Source: Folioceros fuciformis (lineage: Eukaryota). Taken from it: 64,000 nt of DNA. Below are positions 13,651-24,579 of this stretch, in pieces (position 1 is the stretch's first letter; each line of letters opens with the position of its first letter). The stretch lies in the NCBI GenBank assembly GCA_049999805.1, contig JBNGIO010006255.1, positions 556,922 through 620,921 of the forward strand, given 5' to 3'. The notes below the pieces were generated by a model. It saw only the letters and a program-made list of their open reading frames with translations, had not been told where the DNA came from and did not search any database. The position numbers and the translations under genes were made by a program.

Positions 13651-15532
13651 TGTCAGAAGAATCATGTCTTCAAAATAATTGCTTCGCAGGTGCCTCCGCT
13701 TTAGCATCTCGACTGTGAGGCAGCCGTCTATGATGCACCCGCCAAACAATGGATGGAGTGATCAAAATGGTTTGGCCAGAATCTGATGCAACTCAATCAT
13801 TCTCATCATAATCCCAAGCACCACGGGATCCTGTGGAGTAGCCACATGAGTGCTCACATTCATCCTGTGTCATGCATTACTGCAGTCAGCGATCACCACA
13901 ATCTCGGTGCGGCACCCACTGTTTCCGACGAGTTAGCCAGACGAGCCTAGGGTAGCTCCGCGAAGACGAGAGTGAGCTCTGACAACTAACCAAGCATGAT
14001 CTAGCAGAAACATTCAACAGCGGATGGGTAGTGATCAGACAAAAGACATCCAGTTTCAAAAAGCATAACCGAGAGTACACAAGATCTTGCTCCAACCATA
14101 TGCCAACCATATGGGAAAAAAAAACCTGAGACCTAACAATCCAGTTGATAAATACGTGTCTTTGCAAGCTGTTTCATGCACTGCAGTTAACTGTGACAGT
14201 CAGATGGCGTAAGATGCAAGCAGTAATGATCCCCTTCAAACAAAAAGGTTCTCCACCAATTCAGTCAAACACCTATTGATCAGTATCAGGGACAACCTAC
14301 ATCTGGAGCCAACTATGCCTATGAACATCATGGTCCAAGCAGGCAGCTAGTCCAAGGCAACCCCGAATAGAGCACTGAGAGGGTTGTCAAATTTTATCTA
14401 TACAAGATTGACGCTCCTCTACAGTTACTGGACAGACAAAATGGATTAAGTGAGAATCCGTCCTGTGACCAATGATGTCAACCAATTCACTCCGACAAAC
14501 CATTGGAGTCGAGACAAAACGCAACCTCCAATATGAAAAAGTTGTCGTCCAAACCCATCCAACCCACAATGGACAATCTTAAGAGCAACCCACGCCTGGC
14601 GCTCATCAAGTGACCTATGATGAAAGCCATGGCAGGCGAGCAGCTGGTCCAAGCAAATGGGAGTACAGCAGTGAGACAGGGTTGTCAAAATCCATACATA
14701 CGTGGTCCAGATCTCCAACAATTACTGTGACCAAAGAGAGGCAACTGTGACAAATGGTAGACAGTCAAAACTGCAAGCAGTAATCTGCCATATCCACAAG
14801 TTTCCCTCAATCCGTCAAACGCATAAGAAACAATCTCATCGAACCTACATCCGGCAGGCAAGCAGCTGCGCCAAGACAATCGGAGGTGAGTAATGAGACA
14901 ATTGTTGGCATCAATCTACACAAGATCCCCGCTCTTCAAGAATCACCCTGACAGGCAAGCTGGATGAGTTAGCAACAGTCCTTGGTCCAACACAAACGAG
15001 TTAACGGTGACAAACTGAGATGGAGTCAAGACTGCATGTAGCAATCTGCCCTATCAAAAGTTTTCCCTTCACACCAGACAGACGAGGTGGATCGGTTAGC
15101 AACAGTCCTGTGACCGACGCAACGCAGTTAATGGTGAAACATGGATAGGAGTCGGATCCGCCAGGAGTAACCTGTTCTACTACAGGGTAGGAAACCCGTC
15201 AAACGCATTGTGAACCATCTCATCGAGCCTACAACTGGCGACGATCGTATGACCTGTGAACACAATGGCAAGCATGCAGCTTGTCCAAGGAAACTGGCCT
15301 GGGGTAATGAGACACAGTTGTCAAAATCTATCTACGACCATTACTGCGACAGACAAAGTGGATGAGTAAGCAACAGTCCTGTGACGAGTGCCAACCAGTT
15401 AACGGTGACAGATAATTGGGAGTGAAGGGAGGAAGCAGTAATCTACCCTATCAAACGGTTTCACTCAAAGCCCTTCGACCGCATCGTGTACCATCTCATC
15501 ATCGACCCCACATTTGGCGCCGACCACATGAT

Positions 15533-15823
15533 TATGGCATACCAAAGGGGACACTCTCCCACTACACATTTTTTAATGCTTTCTCATGGGGTATCGTTTT
15601 GGGCTGGATGCCGGGCGGCCTTGGGGCAGAAAGCTCAAACACCCCCTGTAACCATAGGCGGGGGGCGCGCCCGTGCTTGGGGGGCAAGACATGCTTGCAA
15701 AGTGCAAGCATGTCCGGTTTGGTTTTGGCCCTCAAACTCGCGTACGCGCCAAAGAGGACGCATCACAGATGTGTTTGTAAAAAATCCTAGAGAGAGGGGG
15801 CGTGTCCTCTTTGGTATGCCATA
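15533..15823. mobile_element. Non-autonomous TIR element (291 bp), TATGG...CCATA ends, 6-bp target duplication CATGAT/CATGAC
   Basis: Left end TATGGCATACCAAAGGGGACAC; right end GTGTCCTCTTTGGTATGCCATA. The paralogous copy at about 17430-17470 lacks the insertion (empty site). Confidence 0.85.
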
Positions 15824-16000
15824 CATGACACCGGAACGTACTGGCAGGGGGCAGGGAAGGAGCTGATCCAAGGCGAATTGGAGTTGGGGAAAATGCACGT
15901 GTACAAGATGTCTCTGCACAGTTGCTTCGACGAAAGGATCATACAAAGTAAAACTGAATTGGAGGTCAAGGGTCTGAACTTTAGCCCTGGTTCGGGCGAC

Positions 16001-16813
16001 TATGGAATACCAAAGAGGAAAGAGAGTATCTGTGTTCTTTCACGACAATGCTGAGAGTCGGGAGTCCGCTGTGGTCCCCAAACTACCGCTACCCACCTTG
16101 CCGCAGGAGACATCTGTGAGCTTACAACGTCATAGCGCACGAGCTCTCCGATTTCGTGTAACTTCTAACAGCACGTTTTTTTGCAAACCATGGAACGAGA
16201 ACGCCCTTGGACTCTCCATTAACGCGCACGCGCTGCGAATGCCCTTGGAATCTCCACTAACGCGCACGCACTCACTGCGAACTTGCCTGCCTCCAGCCAC
16301 ACTCACCCTCGTGTTTGGGTTTGAGGTTTGCTCCCCCGCGTCGTGGCTTCCCCGCTGAATTCGATGACCAAAGTCAGGCTGTGCGGCATGGATGCGAATT
16401 GGATGCGGCTTGGACGTCAAGGGACGTGGCTTGGACGTCAAGCAGCCCCGTGGCTTCAGATGGTCTGAGGCTCAAAGCCCATCCCCTCTCTCTCGGCCAT
16501 GGACCTTGGTTTCTGGGCAAAGAGCTTGGTCACCACTTCCATTGGGCCTGGCGCTCTTTGGTTGCGATCGTCTATGCAAACTGAGGGCTGAAAAAGTTGG
16601 GGATTCACCGCTTCCACTGCACTGAAACCGTGTCCCTACGTACGCGCGCTTCCGTGCGCCTGTTGTGTCTGCTTTGGTGCACTGTCTGGTTTGTAAGGAT
16701 GCCCAAACCGGATGTCGAGTTCCCGGGAATGGAGGATGGATATCCCGGTAGACACCCCGTGAGAAAACAATAAGGTATGTAGAGGGAGGGAGTGTCTTCT
16801 TTGGTATGCCATT
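16001..16813. mobile_element. Second member of the same TIR family (813 bp), opposite orientation, no target duplication
   Basis: Left end TATGGAATACCAAAGAGG; right end GTGTCTTCTTTGGTATGCCATT. About 60 bp of its right end matches the left end of the 15533 element in inverted orientation. Confidence 0.75.
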
Positions 16814-19800
16814 GCTGCGCCAAGACAATCGGAGCTGAGTAATGAGACAACTGTTAGCATCAACCTAAACACGGTCGCCGCTCTTCAACAATCACCGTGA
16901 CGGGCAAGGTCGATGAGTTAGCAACGTCCTTGGACCAATACAAACGAGTTAACGGTGACAAACTGCGATCGAGTCAAGAGTGCACGTAGCAATCTGCCCT
17001 ATCAAAAGTTTTCCCTTTACACCCGACAGAGAAGGTGGATGGGATAGCAACAGTTGTGTGATGAATGATCGGAATCAGATCCGCAAGCAGTAATCTCTCC
17101 TATCACAGGTTTTACTCCAAACCTGTCAAACGCCCAGTGAACGATCTCATCGATCCTACATCTGGCCGTATGACGAACGACCATAATGGCAAGCAAGCAA
17201 CTGATCCGGGGAAATCAGACTCGGGTAATGGGGCACACTTGTCAAAATTTGTCTGCAACGATTACTGCGACAAACAAGGTGGATGAGTTAGGAACAGTCC
17301 TGTAACCAGTGCCAACCAGTCCACTGTGACTGACGATTGGAAGTGAAGACCGGAAGCAATAATTTGCCCTATCCACAGGTTTCACTCCAAACCCGTCAAC
17401 CGCATCTGTGCCATCTCATCATCGACCCCACATATGGCGCCGGACGTATGACATCTGAACGTAATGGCAGGCAAGCAGCTAGTCCAGGGCAAATCAGAAA
17501 TGGATAAATCCGTGTGTGCAAAGAGCAGTGTAACTCTGAACAGTTGCCTCGACAAAGAAGGTGAAGAAATCAGCAAGACGAGTGATTCGCACTGCCCTCC
17601 CCTGCTGCAATTGATCACACGGCCGGTGTCTCCTGCTGGTGGCTTGTACAACTATTCTCACGGCTGGTGCTCGCGAGGTGAAGGAGACGTGCAGTTAAAC
17701 TGATGTTCCTGACTTGCTTTTCGTCTGGTCCCTACAACGGTGACGGATCAGCCATGACGGTCCCCGACGGCGCCATAACACATCTCACCATCAGCTGTGA
17801 AAGAGCAGTACATGCCACCTACAGAGGTTGTTCAACAGCAGCAATTGCATAACAGTTGAGCAGGGGCGCCGGCCTGCCGAATCCGCATAAGTGGGTAGAC
17901 AAGGGCAATCCACCAGCAAGAGCAGTTAGCAGTGGACAAAACAGGGAGGCTGCACGCTCTGGCTGCGGGAAACCGAAAAGATGCAGCAGCTCCTGATCCT
18001 CCGAGCTTCTTTTCCGCACAAACGCAATCGACGGCTCTCAGACGACATGGCCCCGCTCCGCTTTGCAGCCATCCCTCCCATGCACCATCGTTAATCGAAG
18101 CAACCCCCCACCGCACTGGATGGTCAGCCACGGGAACAAATTTAACATAGTCGACAAGAGTCTGGACGTAAAACCTAGGTTTGGGTGGACGACCTGTAAT
18201 CTGAAACCGGAGAGCCAGTTAAAACCTTTCTTCTCGAACGGGAACAAATTTGAAATCGAGGCCAAGCAGTCTGCACATGACCTTACGCCCTGGTCCGGGT
18301 TCCCGGCCTGAAACTAGAATTCCCTTAGTTCGGTTAACGACTTACTTTCTCAAATAAAGTTTTGTGTTGTAGTATACAGTCTGCCGATAGTGCTTTCCAC
18401 GATCGCAATCCGAACCTGACCTTCGTCATTTCCATCGCAGGGTCTGACAGTGTAGTCTTTCTGATCGCAAGTACCCCTACCCGCTCACGCTGACGATTGC
18501 TCAACAAGGGGATGCACGTTGCAGTAGCCGGATAAGTTTGAGACTTTTGACAGGCGAAGGTGACGTAGTTTTGCAGCGGACTCACGCGCATCGGGCCGTG
18601 TGTTCTATTTTCACAGCAGCATATAATAAGGGATTCAACTATGAGAACGCCGATGTAAGAGCATTGCATGTGAGTTGTGAAAGCTCCAGACTCCAAAGAT
18701 CCGGAGAGTGTGAAGTCTTCAGAAGGATTCGTAGAGTAGGTGAGTGTGAAAGCTTTGTAGAGCAGGGGAATGTGAAGGCCTCGAAGAGCAGGGGGCTGTG
18801 TTTTTAAAACTTTGGTGCCATCTAGCAGCCTCGCAAGTTTGCCTACGCTTTTCTGTGATGGCTGACTCCGGAGCAGCAAAGTGGAATGTGGTCCTGGTAA
18901 GTTAGCATGTATAGATCCCTGGTAGTGGAAGGGGCAGGTTTTCACTTATCTGATTTTTGTGGGAGTGGAAATGGTCAGCTCTTCCCCTTAACCAAGTGAC
19001 ACCAGGTCAGACATAGTCACAGTTTTATTTGTATAGTTGGAAGTTGACTGCTCCACCGTTGCTGATGCGGAATGGTGATAGGAACGCCACACAGGCCTGA
19101 CAGGAATTCGCTCCAGGGACAAACAAATGCCTCAGGCATTCGAGTCAGCATGGAGAATATCAGCCAATGCTCAGGCATTCGATTCAGTCAGCACAACACC
19201 ATCCCGTGACCTTCTTCAATGGAGGGGGGAGGGCGGGGAAATTCATCGTCCCTACATTCTGGCTTCTGCTCTCAAAAGGGTTCGAGGCCCTACCATCTGA
19301 TGCTCGTTCTGTTTCGGGGGCAGATGATGGGAAAAATGGTTACAGGCCTGTGACTGCAGATTACACCTTAACAATGTGAGATCCTTCGTAAGTCCAAACT
19401 CGCCTGTCAATGCTGTCAAGGTAAAATGTTGGGGCAAACGCAACGTGGTTGTACGTAGGGTTCATTTTCTTCCCGTGACATGGATGCGGCAGGACCTTTT
19501 CATTGGTAGCTTACTGCGAAGTGTGACGCCTTGGTGGCCAGATTCCATTACCCACTCACGAGACACCTGCAATCTGCATGCCACCCCTTACCCAGTCAAA
19601 GCAAGGCTGAAGCAATCAGGTATTGCAACACGGCAGAGCTCCACGCTTCGCCATCGACGAAGCCAGTGGCTGGTCGGACTAGCGAAAGAGGCGACACGGA
19701 AGCACATTTTCTATTGAAAAGTCAATCCGAGCCTGGAGTGTCCGATGAGACAGGAAAGATTCCAGATAGGGATTTTCCAGGCTCTGCCCAAGCTAGTTGC

Positions 19801-21682
19801 GTATCAGACAAGACGCGGATGTTACTCGGAGCCTGGATTTATGCAGGTTCCACCAACAAGAGCATATGCGCAGCAGTGAGGCTGGACGGTGATGGGCAAT
19901 ACCTGGGCAGAGGAATATGCAGTAGTACATACATAAGATAAGAGTCCAAGTCCGACACAAGAGGTAACTGTGTCACGAGAAGGGCATGTGGCAGCTGGAA
20001 TGTCGGTGGTGGTCAGGCAGGTGGTGTCCTGCCCATCACAAACAGTAGCCAGTAACATTCGCATTCTTTCAAGCATCTGAAAACAGGTTTAGGGTCAGTC
20101 AGAAACCCTCTTCCGCAAGGCTCAGTCTTTTTCACATCAGTTTCACCGCAAGCCTGCGCACTTTCCGAGGCTCGTGCTTCTGCTTCTTAGATCATCAGGC
20201 GCGTGTAAACTGCATCCAGCTCGGCTCTCCCGTGCGTTGGTTACTTGGGAATCCGGATCTGATACAACTTTGCAGTAGTCAGCACATGGCACACCCTCGG
20301 GACGGCTGTGTTTGACAAATAAGTTAGCGTAAGAGGGCGGGACAATGTAAAACCGAGTCAATGGAAATGGCGGGCTCTCACGCTGCGCACAGTGCTCGCC
20401 ACTTACCCGCAGGATCCAGAGTGAAGCTTCCAAACGATACCTACGAACTGTGAACGATAAGCGTGTTGGGTTGGTAAAGCAGCTGTAAGAAATGATTGCA
20501 GAGCATCGACGAAAAGAGGGTGGTGACGCAGGACATGGACGTTTGCGCAGCTGACACCTCCCAAGCACCTGTACCTCTAATGCCCTGTCCCGTACTCAGG
20601 ACTCAGGAGTGAGATATGCTTCCTTAATCTCGCCCCTCCCTCCCCCAAAACCTAGAGTTGCACGAGCCCACCACCAACGAGAGACGCAGCGTGGGATACC
20701 ATATCATAGGCAGAGAGAAGAACCCCAGAGACAAGAAGACAAAATCCGAGCCCTCTAGCGACAGCCGAGGGCCCAAGTGCCGAATTATCTATTGCTTGCT
20801 GATGTGCTGGGAGCGCCGAAAGTACCTTGCACCTACCCGACTGCTGGTCCAGTATCTTTGACGCACCTCCCCCACCATCCTCGCCTCGCCTGTCTCAGCT
20901 CAAGTCAACTGGAGTACCGAGGAGCAGAAGCCTCACGCCTGGCCATCATCCCCTAACATGCAGCATGTGATTGACACAGACCCCAGTGGGAGCAGGCGCC
21001 CTGCCCTCTCCTGCTCTCCCCGGACTAGGGCTGTGACGGATGGTGGATTGGCAGGAGGGGAGTCAAATAGTACTTGGCTGCATAGTGTACTGCAAATCTC
21101 GCACTTTCACGAGGCCAGGACGGGGTTGGTGACGAAGCCACATTCTCAGGGACGAGACAAGCAGCCAAGGATTCCTCCGCTCTCACATCGTAGAGGACAG
21201 GCAGGTGCGGCAGGCTGGGCCACATGAGACCGTCTCTCCCACGGATACCCTTGAATACGCAGCCTTCTTCGCGCAGCTTCCGGTTGCTTACCTCTCCGAT
21301 TTCTCGTCACTTCGCCTCCGAATCAGCACTTTCACGGGGATACGCATTAGCAGCTTCGGAATCACAGGGATGCCGGACGGAACGGGGCCCTCCCGTTGCC
21401 CAGTGGAGATCACTGATTGCCAGAGTTTTACGAAAGCTTCACGGAGAGGCATGAGAATCATTTCACTTCATCAATCTCAATTCTGGACACATTCTCGTGA
21501 AAAACATGTCGAGGATCACAAAACGTAAAATTAATTAGCTCATCAAAGAGGCTTGACGTCTCATCATGAATGACACACCCCAGAAACCATATGCATCCAA
21601 AGCCTAACTAGAAGCGTTCAAGTTGAAGATTTTTGAACATGGCTAAAACTTTGAGTATGGAGCTCATTATCATCGTCATCAC

Positions 21683-21840
21683 ATGCTGGAGCTAGAGAAG
21701 GACCTACACCTCAATCAGATTTTGGAGCAAGAGAAGGACCTATAACTGAATCAAATTATGGAGCTAGAGAAGGACTTACATCATAATCAGATGCTGGAGC
21801 AAGAGAAGGGCCTGCATCATAATCAAATTCTAGAGAACCT
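21683..21840 (+). repeat. 36-bp tandem repeat, 4+ copies (12-codon unit, one copy with a stop)
   Basis: Units start at 21683, 21719, 21755 and 21791 (ATxxTGGAGCxAGAGAAGGxC...AATCAR) and translate as (M/I)LE(L/Q)EKDLHHNQ. Confidence 0.9.
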
Positions 21841-23179
21841 TGGAGAAAGACTTGCAAACGACAATGGATTCACAAACAACAACAAACTCAGGTGTTGCCC
21901 ACTAGTGGTGCTAGTAAATGAGGTGTTCGACTACAAGCAAGAAGCAACAAGCAACGTTGACAGTGCTCAAAGAAGCTGCAGTGTTATTCAGAGTTTGAAC
22001 TGACAAGTTTGAACTGACAAGTTCTGTTGATGGATTTGAGAGAGCGAAACGTAATGTACGTTCCCTTGCCAATGGTGGTGCACTTGGTGGTGGTTCCGAT
22101 ATCACCAATGGTGATGCACTAACAAATGGTTGCCTTGGTGATGGAGTTTCCACCATTGATGTTTATCTCAATATCAATGATATTCTTAATAATGGTTGGC
22201 AAAGCAATTGAGCATAATTGAGCTTATCGACATCCACCTTTTGTTAAATTGCAACTTGTAAAGTATTAGGAAGTTAGTCCTCCCTCTAGTGTGTGAAATC
22301 AAAACTTTTTTCTCATGATGTTTGTGCATTAAACTCTATCTCTTTCTCCCATTCAACTAACCGCTATGGTTGCTACTACTTAGGATGTCTGGACTTTTCG
22401 CACCTTGGGGTACCAAAATGCACTAAAACCTTGCATCCTGGGGTATCAAGATGTGAGGCCCCAAAACCTTGGTCATCCAATCTCTAACTCCAAAAAAGTC
22501 GTAGAAGTCTATGCTTTTCGCACTCTTGGGCACCAAAACTTCGAACACAATGTGCCCCAGGGTGCAAAAACCTCAATTGTCCAGGGGCAAAACAAGGCCC
22601 AAAACAACCACCACTTGCTGATCCATGTCCTTATTCACTTGTTGATCCCATATGTTTATGTCTCACATCACCATTTATCAGAAAAAAAAACAATAAATAT
22701 GCAACAAAATTCTTTTGTAATTAAACATATCTTTTCAGCAAAAATCGTAGACAATGAAGCACGCTTGCACTAGATAGTTGGATGTATGCTACATTGAAAG
22801 GAAAGGAAAAAGCTGTTCATAAGCAAGTATTTCTTTTGAAAATGTGTTTGTGCTAATGAACAAATGTGTTGGTGCTATTATTTGTATATTCTAACCCTTC
22901 CTTGTTTATGTTGTAATCTATGAAGATCTTAAGGTTGATAATGAACTTCGGACCAAATGAGATAAGTTCTTCTCCCCATTATAATAAGTTCTTCGCCTCA
23001 TGAAGATAAGCTACACTCAAATATCAAGTCACTCCTAGCTTTAATTGTGACACAAAGACTTATGGGGAACAAGTTTTATAGCTCCATACTTGGTTTAGTC
23101 TTGAATCACGAAACCAAAGCCATCAAAGCTCTCTACTAACATCTACATGTTGTAGACATGCTTCTTGGATTGTTAAGTT

Positions 23180-23530
23180 GTGGGGAAGATGCTACCAAGA
23201 CATGGTGTCATGTATCAAAGTTTCCTTTTCACATGTTTTATCCTTGTTTTAAGTCATTTACCTAGCACACAAGCCACCAATGTGACTAAACTTTACACCT
23301 TCAAAGACTCATTTGTTGATGTCGGTTATAATCAACATCACAGTACTCAGGGACCAACATAAGTAGACTTTCCTCCATTTGTTCAACATTTTACACATCA
23401 CGAAGACACCGGGTAATATGCTAATGGTTTTTTTTATCTTGACTTTACAACTAAACACCTCACTTTGGCTCATTCTCCACTTTTGGATTTCAATCCTCAT
23501 AATAATAATCTTGCTAAAAGCATTAATTTA
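23180..23530 (+). pseudogene. GDSL esterase/lipase 5' fragment, decayed
   Basis: A hydrophobic signal-like stretch is followed by LYTFKDSFVDVGYN (block I, FGDSxxDxGN), then *VDFPPF..F..TG*YANGF..LDF and a NLAKSIN remnant of GVNFAS. Stops and frameshifts are present. Confidence 0.75.
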
Positions 23531-24034
23531 CGTCAACTATATTTGCTAGTCTTCTCTACACATGGAAACAATAATACCTTCAAGGGACTAACATGTGTGA
23601 TATGGAAAAGATATATTGAGTTTACTCATCAACCTTATCCCACAAATTATGCTCATCATATAACCAACTCTCTATTTTATGTATCAACACAATGATTTTG
23701 ATGAAATTTCTTACAAGCAACAATGAAACAATATTGAACAAAGTAGATCAATTTGTAAGGAACATGATAAATTAACAAATGTTATTCATAACTTTTATAA
23801 CATAGGAACTTTAAACTTTTGTGCTATCAATCGTTTTTAGGTTTTACAACTTCAAGGGCAAACCCCCAATGTTTCAGTCCCTTTGGTGGGTTGTCTCACC
23901 TCATTAGGGTTTTTCTTTTTTAGGGGTTAGGATTCAAGATTTTTAAACACATAAATAATAAATTAATTGTATACCGGAGCACAAAAATAATTTACAGTGG
24001 AGGTGTAACTTTTTGGACGCATGTTCTTTTCACT

Positions 24035-24250
24035 TCTTTCCTTTTATCCAACACCTCATTTATCCCCACCAATTGTGGGCAAGAACCTAGTTGCTTTATT
24101 ATTTTCAACCAAGATTGTTCTACCTTCATCTCCTTTTCACTATTGAGAAGAGCTCTTTCCTTTTATCCAAGGCCTCATTTATCGCTACCAATTGTGGAAA
24201 AGAACCCAATTGCTCTATTATTTTCAACAAAGATTGTTCTACCTTCATCT
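24035..24250. repeat. Direct duplication, about 97 bp, period 119
   Basis: TCTTTCCTTTTATCCAA...AAGATTGTTCTACCTTCATCTC at 24035 and 24154. Confidence 0.9.
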
Positions 24251-24579
24251 CTAAACTCTCATTATGACCTCACCACTGAAGGCTACAACTGTAGATAACA
24301 TATAAACAATGTTCACATTAAACACTTAGTAGTTAGGGTTTAGATATGTTAAAATACGGTTACACTAATAAATCCTAGTTATCACATGTTAGTTACAAGG
24401 TCATTACTTTAAATAGTTTTTTACTCTAATAGATTAGATACTTAGGTGTGTATCATTTAGTAAACAACTACATGTAAATTATCAACATAGTAATTATATA
24501 ATTAATAACTTTTTTTCATTTTTGTTTAAGTTTATTCATCTTATGTTTCCCACTAATATCATATCGCAAAAAGAACTTA

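Larger units (their letters stand above)
14170..17560. repeat. Degenerate array (unit about 270 bp) containing a larger direct duplication (14865-~15950 vs 16814-~17560)
   Basis: The motifs AGTTAACGGTGACA, GCAGTAATCTGCCCTATC and GGATGAGTTAGCAACAGTCC recur. 14865 and 16814 both begin GCTGCGCCAAGACAATCGGAG and align for hundreds of bases. Confidence 0.85.
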
